Shown: in pieces, positions 53,022-64,000 of the stretch | Layout: each line of letters starts with the position of its first letter | Position numbering within the stretch: position 1 is the first letter of the stretch | From: Octopus vulgaris | Lineage: Eukaryota | Direction of reading: 5' to 3' | DNA length: 64,000 nucleotides | Assembly: GCA_951406725.2 (NCBI GenBank) | Contig: OX597815.1 | Span: 116,746,001-116,810,000, forward strand | Notes under the pieces: model-generated | What the model was told of the DNA's origin: nothing | The model's database searches: none | The model's input: only the letters and a program-made list of their open reading frames with translations | Made by a program: the position numbers and the translations under genes

Positions 53022-53767
53022 GTAAAAATCTAACATATTGCCTAATCCTTTTGTTTTATAGGCTTATTCAGTTGTTTATTTAATGCATTCTCATGTTTAA
53101 ATGTAGACATTATAATTGTTATATATATTTTATATTCTCATAGTTTTTATCTAACTGTTAAATTCTATCAAATATTTTGTTTACACCAATTATTGCATCA
53201 GAACATTGGCAAGAAATAATCATAAAAACCATGCCAAAATAGACACAGAAGTATGGTGCAGTCTTCTGCCTGGTCAGCTTCCGTCCAACCTATGCCAGTA
53301 TGGAAGAAGGATGTTAAACGATGATGACGACGACGATGACGACGCTGCTGCAATTCTTCTCACAAGGTTTTGATCAATCCAGAGCTAGCTAAAGGAGAAT
53401 CCACTTGCTCAAGGTGCCATGCAGTGGGACTGAACCTAAAACCATGTGTTAACCACATAGCTACATTCAAACATTCAAACCTATACATTCAAACATTTAT
53501 TTACTTTGATTTGTAAAAAAAAATATTTAATCATTTATGAGAGGTTAACATGAAAGTAAGACCTTTAACAAACTTCTTGCATGAATATAAAAAATTTCAA
53601 AATATAATATTTACTAAATTGAAACTAAAATCTGAACTTTTAAGTTAAGAATGATATAAGGTCTCAAATTGTAAACTGAAAAACAATTCCACTGTATTCT
53701 GAAAGCCATTCTATTGATAAATATCTATGAAACACTCAGAGACAGATAAATATTTATGAAACATTCA

Positions 53768-53943
53768 GGTGCAGGGGTGGCTGTGTGGTAAGTAGCTTGC
53801 TTACCAACCACATGGTTCCGGGTTCAGTCCCACTGCATGGCATCCTGGGCAAGTGTCTTCTACTATAGCCTTGGGCAACCAAAGCCTTGTGAATGGATTT
53901 GGTAGATGGAAACTGAAAGAAGCCCGTTGTATATACGTATATG

Positions 53944-53988
<45 letters not shown>

Positions 53989-54190
53989 ATTTATGTGTAT
54001 GTGTTTGTCCCCCCAACATCACTTGACAACCGATGCTGGTGTGTTTACGTCCCTGTAACTTAGCGGTTCAACAAAAGAGACCAATAGAATAAGTACTAGG
54101 CTAACAAAGAATAAGTCCTGGGGTTGATGTGCTCGACTAAAGGTGGTGCTTCAGCATGACCAGTCAAAAGACTGAAACAAGTAAAAGAGA
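53768..54190 (+). mobile_element. tRNA-headed SINE, family A, near full length
   Basis: Colinear with and highly similar to 5122-5545. Confidence 0.85.
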
Positions 54191-54677
54191 GACATTTATC
54201 AGAATCTTTTCTTTTCATTTCTGTGCATTTCTTATTCATGGTTTGTTATTGCACTTCTAAAATAATTTCAAAATTCATTAAAAATAATAATGAAATTATT
54301 GTATACAGTGCTCAGGTGCACCACAATCATTTCATGAATTTCATTTGATAATAACCTATTTAATAATTGTTTCAAATTTCTGGCACAAGGCCAGAAAGTT
54401 TTGAAGGGAGGGGTAGTTGATTGAACCAACCCTAGTATTCAACTGATACTTATTCTATTGACCTCAAAATAAGGAAAGACAAAAATGAACCTCAGCAGAA
54501 GAAATCCCACTAAGCATTTTCCCCAATGTGTCACCCATTCTGCCAGCTTGCTACCTTCATAACCTATTTAATAATATAAATGCAATTTGAAATCTTTAAA
54601 TCAACTTCAGATGCATCTTAAGGACTGAAATGCAACTGAATGCTTCATATATTGAAGTATATCTGTAAAATGTGTAG

Positions 54678-54975
54678 AGGCACATGGCCTAGTGGTTAGA
54701 GCATCGGACTCGCAGTCGAAGAATCACTGGTTCGAATTTCAGACCAGGTGATGCGTGTGTTTATGAGTGAAACAGCTAAGCTACATGCGGCTCCACCAGA
54801 AGGTAATGGCGAACTTCTGCTGACTCTTTCGCCACAACTTTCTCTCACTCTTTCCTCCTGCATCTAGCAGCTCACCTGCGCCAGATCGGCATCTTGTCCA
54901 GGTGAAAACCTATATGCCAATGAAACCGGGAAACCGGCCCTTATGAGCCAGGCATGGCTTGAGAAGAAACAAACA
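54678..54975 (+). mobile_element. tRNA-derived SINE, family C
   Basis: Head GGCACATGGCCTAGTGGTTAGAG...GGTTCGAAT followed by a non-tRNA body; 3' part (CCCTTATGAGCCAGGCATGGCTTGAGAAG) resembles the minus-strand copy at about 23000-23225. Confidence 0.7.
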
Positions 54976-55406
54976 ATCTGTAAAATGTGAAATCATGTGA
55001 CCTAGTGTTTAGGAGTGTTTGGCTCATGATTATAAGGTTATGAGTTCAATTCCTAAATATGTGGCACATTATGTCCTTGATAAAGACACTTCTTTTCACA
55101 TTGCTCTAGTTTCCTGAGCTGTAAAGAGTACCAGACAGGTACTAGTATTGCCCTCTTTTACTCCAGCCATCACATCTTGAGTATTCCACTAGGTTAAGAG
55201 AGAGGAAGCGGAGAAAGTATGCTCATGAATGCATAGGCAATTAACAATTGCATAATACATGATACTGAGCCATACTTGCAAATGATGGCTAGATGTACAT
55301 TTTGTCTTTAGAATAAAGCCTTTTAGTAGAAATTTCAGTTATACCTAAAGTAAAATACTTAGAAATTTATTTGAACTTACATTTTTGGGTTGTTTTTTTT
55401 TTCCAG

Positions 55407-55694
55407 TGCCACCACAAATTAATTTGCAATCAGCCTCTGATCAAGACCTCAGTGTTATTGTGGAGTCTACCATATTTATTGACTGCCCTGTTATGGGGAT
55501 ACCTCTACCCACAGTTAAATGGTATAAAGACGGTAAAATTATTGACTTTGATGACCAAACACATTTAATGCTTTTTGCTGGAGGAAGGCGTCTTCAAATT
55601 TCCAATACCACCTTAGAAGACAAAGGTCAATACCGATGTGTGGCTACAAATGAAGCCGGCAAAATGAAAAGGCTTTACAATGTAAATATTAATG
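55407..55694 (+). CDS. HMCN1: Hemicentin exon: Ig12
   Basis: ttccag| acceptor; VPPQI...IDCPVMGIPLPTVKWYKDG...DKGQYRCVATNEAG; G|gtaagt donor. Confidence 0.93.
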
Positions 55695-58002
55695 GTAAGT
55701 TTCATGTTTATTTTTAATTTTTAATGTTTCTTTTTTCCTTAAAGATATTCTGTTTCCTTATTTCCTGTAGGCTTTATTTATTTTGTGACTTTAAGCAAAC
55801 ATCAGCTTATATATTACTTCCTCATGGAAGTAATATATGAGGGAAAGAATTTCAGATATATTAAAATGGCATTAATAAGTAATTGACCGATGTCATTCAT
55901 AGCAGATCAGCACCCACCCCTCCACCAAAAAAAAAGCAGGGATTGATATTCAGACACAACATAAAATTCAATACAAATATCTATTAAGGCAGCAAGCTAG
56001 CAGAAATGTTAGCATGTTGAGCAAAATGCTTAGCAGTATTTTGTCTGTCTTTACATTCTGAGTTTAAATTCTGCTGACGTTGGCTTTGCCTTTCATCTCT
56101 TTGGGGTCGATAAATTAAGTACCAGTTGCATACCGGGGTCGATCTAATCAACTGGCCCCCTACCCCAAAATTTCGGACCTTGTACCTAGAGTAGAAAAGA
56201 ATATAAATATTTATTTTTTATCTTTTAATTGTCCAGTAATTGGAATGCAGCCAAGAGTTTAGTCAAATAAATTGACCCCACTCTTTGTTTCCTAGGTCTT
56301 GTACTTATTCTCTTGGATTCTTTTGCTGAACCACTAAAACAAAATGGGAAAATATTATCAGTTATTATCAGTAATACAATTGTTAGTGCCTTCTCTTTTC
56401 TTCTCAGCAAAAGAGATGTACTTTAAATGCTTGAGAAATGAAATTTAAGATCACAGGAAATATAAAGTGTTTTGATATAATATTAATGAGTTTGTGTTCC
56501 ACAGCATAGACTTATATTCAAGCAATCCTTTACAAAACTAGAAACATAATGTAGGAAACAGTTTATTTATAAATGAGATTTCATGAAGTTAATTGAGGGT
56601 CTTTAATATCTTCATCTACACGTCTGTTGAGGTTACTACAGAAAAATATAAATATTAAATAAGACAGAAAAGATCTGGAAGTTCTAAAGTGACAACATAT
56701 GCTGTTTTATATTTCGTATGTTGATGTAATAAAATTCTCAACAGTCTCTGTTAGCACCAAAATATGAAAGACTTGCTGAAGTGTAATGTAATATCTAAAT
56801 GAAAAATAAACTGAATATTTCGGGTATTTTAGATCTTATACCTTATGTCTTTGATCTTTCAACAAGAGAGGGTAAGACACTGAAATCTGATAGAATATCT
56901 TATGAACATTAGTAATGTTATGAACATCTTTTCTGGAGGTTTCTATTGAGCCTTGCTTAAAACAGCTTATGGTATCTTTTAGAAATCTGGTTTATATTGT
57001 TTACTACCGAAAGACAACCAATTGTTACTGTTGTTGTTTAACCCTAGGCCAGGTCTGATCAAATAGGCCTGTGACCAAAGGCATTCCAGTCATAACTATC
57101 CCATAATTTTACATACTCATTGCTGACACAAAGTAATCACTGGTTAACATAAAATAATCACCGTTTATACTTTGGTATTAGCTGAAGCCCAAAATTCAGT
57201 TTGCATTCTATGACATTGCAGGGCTTTATATCCATGACCCATCCATTTAATATTGTTCTAGCTAACACTAAATTGTGGAAACAGCATGGCTGAATGATTA
57301 AGAAGTTTGCTTTGAAATCATGAGGTGCCAGATTTGATTCCTCTACATTAAATGTCTTTTGCCATTGAGTCAAGCCAACTCAAGCCTTGAGAGTAAAACT
57401 GGGTAGAAGCCCATTGGATGGATTGTACTTCTAATTCAAATGCACAGCCTTGTCACACACTGTCATGATGATTCTGTCTGAGAATTATGTTAAAGGCACA
57501 TATGTCTGTGGAATACTCAGTTACTTACTAATCCGATGAGTAGATAGTTCAATTGATTGAACAACTGAATCTTCATCACTGAAACTGGTGGAGATATATT
57601 TTCAAATAGCACTAAAGTTCTGGGTAGGTGGGATTTCTTGATCCTCTTGAATTTGCAGTATTTCATACTAGTAAGATAATTTAAACTACTAAGGTCTTTT
57701 CAAAGTCATGAAATAAGATATTTCCACATGTAACCATCATTCATCATGTTGCTACTGAAGTTATGCATGTCTAGGAAGAAAATGCCTCAAAACAAATGAA
57801 ATATCTCAACTGTACTAAGATAAAACATCTTAAAACAATTATCTCAACTATGCAGGCAAGTTGGGTGATAAATGAAAGAAAACATTATAGTAAATAACAA
57901 CTTTTACCGTAAATTCTGGCATCTAATTAAGACAATTTGATGTATTGGATATGTGCTAAACTGTATGAAGATTGTCAGAGAATTCCTTTCTTGTATTTAC
58001 AG

Positions 58003-58284
58003 TTCCACCAAGGATCAAAGATTCTGAAAACGTTAAAAGGAAAGAAATTTTAATTCGAAAGTCCTTGACTCTCTTATGCCAGGCATCTGGAATTCCCCCA
58101 CCCAAAATCACATGGTATAAATCAAATAAACCAATTTCTTTCCCTAATTCAAACTATTCTTTCAATGAAGATCACAAAATTCTGAGGATTAATTCTGTTA
58201 ATATAACAGACAGAGCACGATATATGTGTAATGCAAAGAATACAGCTGGGGAGAGAGAAAAAGTTTTTGATGTAGTCGTATTAA
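58003..58284 (+). CDS. HMCN1: Hemicentin exon: Ig13
   Basis: tacag| acceptor; VPPRIKD...LLCQASGIPPPKITWYK...DRARYMCNAKNTAG; A|gtgagt donor. Confidence 0.93.
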
Positions 58285-58927
58285 GTGAGTATATTTTGTC
58301 TCCAATTCCTTGAGTGATTTAAATTTTTAATTTAAAGAAATTCAATTTTGGTTTGTAACCAAAGAAGTATTTGACTGAAATATTTGGTTTCAAGATTTTG
58401 TTAATGATTAAAGTTTGCATAAAAGGAGAAAACACCATTCAATGTAGACATTTTGAGCAGAATTCATTTACATTCAGAATTCAAATCCTGCTGATATAAA
58501 CTTTACCTTTCATCTTTCCTGGGTTGATAAAATACTCAAATCCAGTACTCATGTATTAGGTTTGATCCAATTGATTACAGCCTCCACCAAAATTTGTAGC
58601 CAGTACTAGAAATTGATAATGATGATGAGGAGAAGGTGGTGGATGATGACAACAACAGCAATGATGACAACAACGATGATGGCTACAGCACTGATAATAA
58701 TGACAGTGACAATGATGACAGAAACCTTTTGAAAAAACATTCTCCAATTTTTTGCTATTTTATCTCCAATTTTCCAAAATTACCAGAAATGTACATATTG
58801 CCTGCTTTAATGAAAATAGTTACAATTCACTCAGTATTTCTCTGAAATATCTTATGAATTGACAGATATATTTTATAATTGAAATATCGAACTGGAAAAA
58901 CTAAAATGTATTCTATTTCCTTTGTAG

Positions 58928-59209
58928 TTCCTGCATACATAGAAACAGAATCAAAGATTATTGACACAAAAATTCTCATCAATGAAACAGCCCAGCTTAA
59001 TTGTATTGCAAGAGGTGTTCCAAAGGTGAAAGTACGTTGGTTTAAAGATGGAAAACCTCTCAACTCAGCAAATAGTCGAATTGAATTTATAACAGATGGA
59101 CGCCAGCTTCGTGTCAGAGGGGAAGATTTATCTGATAGTGGTATTTATACCTGTACTGCAACAAATAAAGTTGGTTCTGATAAAGTCGAGTATCGGTTAA
59201 GTGTCTATG
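58928..59209 (+). CDS. HMCN1: Hemicentin exon: Ig14
   Basis: tgtag| acceptor; PAYIE...LNCIARGVPKVKVRWFKDG...DSGIYTCTATNKVG; G|gtatgt donor. Confidence 0.93.
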
Positions 59210-59741
59210 GTATGTTTATATTTCCTTTTTTATTATACTTCACCCCAATGAACTACATAAATATGGGAGAGTATTGTAGTTCACTTGAAGCATTGTGCAT
59301 TGTTTGTAAAGAATAAAAATTTTGAACGGTACAACAATGCACTATAATGGACTATATACCTGTTGTAATTTAGTAATCCATAGTCTGATATGATATTTTG
59401 GAATGAAATTCCTTCTTCAGATATTCTTAGATGGAGTCGCTGTTATAATCGGTTTTCTGTTGGAAAGTGACTCCATTTAAGAATATCTGAAGAAGGAATG
59501 TGAAATAAAGTATCTTGCTCAAGTACACAACACACCACTGGGTATTGAACTCATGACCTTACAAACATGAACCAAATTTCCTAACTAAATTCCATAACAC
59601 ACCTTCACTCTTACCCATTATAAGATTACATGATATCAATCGGATCAAATTTCAGAGCATAATTTAGTTAAATTTTATTTGAATTAATACTAAAACAAGT
59701 GAAAATTTAATTTACAATTTTTATCTCTTTTATTTCAATAG

Positions 59742-60023
59742 CTCCTGCATCAATTAATGCTCTGAATACTGATACATTGCCAAATGTTTTACAAAATGGA
59801 ACAATAAAACTACACTGTCCAGCTTTTGGTGTCCCATTCCCAAGGATTGTATGGCTAAAAGGAAACAAGTTGGTTAATGAAGAAAAAGGACACATTACAT
59901 ATTTGGAAAATGGAATTTACTTAGAATTAAGAGATGTAGATATCTCGGATGCTGGATTTTACACTTGCACTGCAATAAATGAAGCTGGGAAAGAAGATTT
60001 ACATTTTAACTTACAGGTTTCAA
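59742..60023 (+). CDS. HMCN1: Hemicentin exon: Ig15 (gene continues beyond the window)
   Basis: aatag| acceptor; APASI...LHCPAFGVPFPRIVWLKG...DAGFYTCTAINEAG; A|gtaagt donor. Confidence 0.93.
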
Positions 60024-60264
60024 GTAAGTATGCCAATAAAATCTTCAAGGACATTTTCATATTTGAAGTTTCATGAAACATGTTGTAAAGATTTTAATTT
60101 TCTACCAGAAAAATATTAATAGTTACAAACTAGAGTGACACACTTTCTGTCATGGAATCAACAGAGGAAATATATTATGATGGTGATAATTATACTTGTT
60201 TTACAGCCAACAACTACTGTGGTAGCTGAAGCTAAACAATATTAAAAATTATATACTATGTATA

Positions 60265-60279
<15 letters not shown>

Positions 60280-60337
<58 letters not shown>

Positions 60338-60348
60338 TAATAATAATA

Positions 60349-60385
<37 letters not shown>
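60280..60385. repeat. (AAT)n microsatellite
   Basis: Read directly; similar array at 43136-43220. Confidence 0.95.
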
Positions 60386-60387
<2 letters not shown>

Positions 60388-61382
60388 TCCAAACTTACAG
60401 GGAAAAATTCAATTTAGTATTAAATTAAATTTCACAATATAAATATATATGTGAAGTTAAAGCCACAAAATGTAAGTAGTCTTTTTACTTATTATATATT
60501 GGTTATTCATTTTTTATAATTTTTGTGATCTAGTTATATGTTTTATAATATATTTTATTTTTTCTTTATGATTTGGTTTATGTTTGTCATTGCTTGAATT
60601 ACATAATAGTGGTTTGTCTTTAATTTATATATATACATATACACTCAGTAATATCTCACTTTATGATGAGGACCACTTTACGAGACCCCCAGGTTTATGG
60701 GTTTTACTTTTCAAGCATGAGATCCAAATTTTGAATGAAGTGTAGAAGTTTCTACTACCATAACAAATGCTTCTGCATGTTACCAAGGAATTTATAGAGA
60801 GCAAAAAAAAAAAGCTTCTTCTAAGCAAACAAATCTGGACTTGTTTTTTAAAAAGAAATCTACAAGTCTATGAGTGCTTGTGAATCAATAATCACATCTA
60901 CAAGTGATGGCGTGTGTGAGTCTACTGTGAGTGTATGTGATTCAGAAAATGATTATAATAATGATATTTTTCATTATAAATGATCTTGACATTTTTTTTC
61001 GCTTTACATAAAATATTCTTTACATGTTTACTGTTGTTGTATTGCCATTTATTTACAAGTATTATAGATTTCATAGGTAAAATATTTTTCTGGGAACAAA
61101 TTACAATTTATAATATTGCTACTATGGGAAATTATTGCTCTGCTTTATGAGTGGTCTCTGGAAACAAAGTAACTCATATATTGAGCCATTACTGTGTGTA
61201 TATATATATAACACCAAGTAAGTTAGGGGTTATGGATCCAACCCCCTAAGGGATAATATTTATCCAATATACTGTTGGTATAATACCCAAATTCTTAATA
61301 CACAAGTGTTTTTAATTGCATTGCAATTAACTTATCTATTGCATTAAATGAGTGAAGGTAAAGAAACATTTTACCATTAATT

Positions 61383-61680
61383 TATAATACAAATAAGAAA
61401 ATGCAGAAACAATTTAGTTGGTTCATCAGCTTTCAGATATTAGAATGTTGACTTATTTATTCATTTAACAAAAACGAGAACCTTAATAACATACATATAT
61501 ACATTATAATTCAATACATGTAAGATGTTTATAATTGTATTCTTATCTTATATGTATTGAATTATAATGTATATATGTATGTTATTAAGGTTCTTGTTTT
61601 TGTTAAATGAATAAGTCAACATTCTAATATCTGAAAGCTGATGAACCAACTAAATCGTTTCTGCATTTTCTTATTTGTAT

Positions 61681-61684
<4 letters not shown>
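61383..61684. repeat. Near-perfect long inverted repeat
   Basis: Arms 61383-61526 and 61545-61684, 18-nt loop. Confidence 0.92.
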
Positions 61685-61714
<30 letters not shown>

Positions 61715-61746
61715 TGTATGTATGTATGTATGTATGTATGTATGTA

Positions 61747-61795
<49 letters not shown>

Positions 61796-62292
61796 ATGTA
61801 TGTATGTTTGTATGTATGTATGTATGAATCACAATATACAGATTCAAGTAATCCAGCAGTACTCATAAAAAAGCCCCTTAATGTATCATTCTACAAAAAA
61901 TACAGAATATATAATACAATACAACAGAAAACAATAAAGAGTGTGTGTAAAATCAAAAATGACAAAGAAATAGCTTGATGAAATTTCATTTAACAAAACA
62001 AAATTTCTAATATCAGGACAAATTGTTTTGTAACTTAAAAACATGTAAATAATTTATATTATTATATTTAATAATAGTTAATATCTTATATGACTGCATT
62101 AGTGCAAAATGCAAAAAATACTTTAAAATAATGCAGAACTTAAGCTATGTCCTCAGGTGAAAGAAAGTCAATATAAATTACTTACGTTTTTTAAGTCACA
62201 AAGCAATTTGTTGTCATATTAGAAATTTCTTGTTAGATAAAATTTCATCAAACTATTTTTCTGTCATTTGTGACTTTATATATACATATATA

Positions 62293-62356
<64 letters not shown>

Positions 62357-62970
62357 TGCAGACATGACTGTGTAGTAAATAGCTTGCTTCCCAGCTGCCC
62401 AACCACATGGCTCAGAGTTCAGTCCCACTGATGTCACATTGAGCAAGTGTCCTCTATTATAACATCGGGCTAACCAAAGCCTTGTGAGTGGATTTGGTAG
62501 ACAGAAACTGAAAGTCTGTTGTATATATGTATATATACATCTATATGTGTGTCTTTGTGTCTATGTTTGTTTCCACCACTACTACTTGATAACCGGTGCT
62601 GGTGTGTTTATGTCCCTGTAACTTAGTAGTTTGGTTTAAGAGACCAATAGAGTGAGTACCAGGCTTTAAAAATGTAAATGCTGGGGTTGATACATTTAGC
62701 TAAAATTTCAAGATGGTGATCCAGCATGGCTGCAGTCCAATGACTGAAACAAATAAAAAGTAAAAGATCATCATCATCATCATCATCATCATCGTTTAAC
62801 GTTCTCCTTCCAATCTGGCATGGGTTGGACATTTTGACAGGAACTGGCCTGACAGGAGCCTGTGCCATGCTTTGGAGTGTGTTTGGTCATGGTTTTTACA
62901 ATTGGATGTCCTTCCTAACACAAACCACTCAGTAGAGTGAGCTACACACACATGCACACACGCACATGTG

Positions 62971-63009
<39 letters not shown>

Positions 63010-63578
63010 ATGTATGTATGTATGTATGATGAAGACGATACATTTAATGCCCACTTTCCATATTGTCCTTGACTGGAATTGTGAGCTGCAAGGCAGTGTT
63101 AAGTTCCAGTGCCAACTTTGACATGGTTTCTATGGCTGGATACCCTCCCTAATGCCAATCATGTTACAGAGTATACTGGGAGGTGGGATGCTGGCAATGG
63201 TGAGGTTGCTAAGTAACTTGCACGACACAAAAAGTATAGTGAGAGGAAAAGAAAAAAATTCTCAATAGTAAGTGAGAAATATTCGAGAAAGGAAGGTGGC
63301 TTTATGCCAGATGTTGCAAGGCTAGGATAAGATAGATAGACAAGCACAGGTGTCCTGCTATTGAGGGGACATGTGACTACAGGGGTTACAAGTGAATTGA
63401 GTGAATGATGAACAAGGGCAGAACTGTGGTTGGAGGGAAATACCAGTATGAAGAGAAGTAAGATGAGAGATATAGGAATAGCTCGGGAAGAAGAATAGAT
63501 CATAAAGTAGCAGAATGATGTGTAAGGTAGGATCAGTAGAGAGGGAGATACAGAGGTACATGAGGGCTATAATGGTGT

Positions 63579-63622
<44 letters not shown>

Positions 63623-64000
63623 CACGTGATCAATCCAACTATCAGATGTTGTTATACATTGCCAGTCACAATGTGCTTTGCATCATTTTATCTTCTGAAT
63701 GATGCCACCCTGCTGGCCTGGTGAGCCGGCCAACATTGCCTCTGATCAGAAGCTTAGTCCATTGCATGGTTATTCATTTATAGATGAGTAGACTGGAACA
63801 ATGTGAAACGAAGTCTTTTGCTCAAAAATACAATGTACAGCCAGTCTGAGAATTAAAACAATAGCCTCATAATCAGGTGTACAACACCAGTAAGAATTAA
63901 GACAATGGCTTCATGTTCATGTGTGCAACACCCCTAACTACTTGGGCAACTATTACTTTCAAATAACCCCTCAAATATGGAAAATATTTTGGACCCTCAA

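Noticed and set aside
54678-54750. tRNA-like sequence with A and B boxes
   Set aside because: No complete acceptor stem, and it runs directly into a SINE body
59113-59130. Integrin-binding RGD-like motif in Ig14
   Set aside because: The sequence is RGED, not RGD
27740-60023. Dscam-like mutually exclusive Ig exon array or immune receptor
   Set aside because: The exons are divergent and chain serially, there are no clusters of paralogous alternatives, and the N-terminal segment and PP linkers fit hemicentin

Overview
AT-rich, microsatellite- and retroelement-dense animal genomic DNA; the repeat content suggests an octopus, which is an inference. The window lies inside one large + strand gene, a hemicentin (HMCN1/him-4-like). 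I traced 19 coding exons from 15725 to 60023 that splice into one open frame (4246 nt, about 1415 aa). They encode the end of the N-terminal hemicentin region followed by 15 tandem I-set Ig domains, and the gene continues past both window edges. One intron appears to use a non-canonical GC donor (35400). The introns contain a full-length but frameshifted IR/DR-type Tc1 (DD34E) transposon, a decayed R4/Dong-like retrotransposon with a restriction-like endonuclease, RTE-like LINE fragments, several tRNA-headed SINE families, TTAA-flanked piggyBac-type MITEs and many long fold-back hairpins. One hairpin carries a pair of Penelope-type minimal hammerhead ribozyme motifs. Most short ORFs in the track are microsatellite artefacts. 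I cannot demonstrate a wholly new biological system. The best leads are the hammerhead motifs, the dense set of intronic dsRNA-forming structures, the GC-AG intron and an EGSGD insertion in Ig11.
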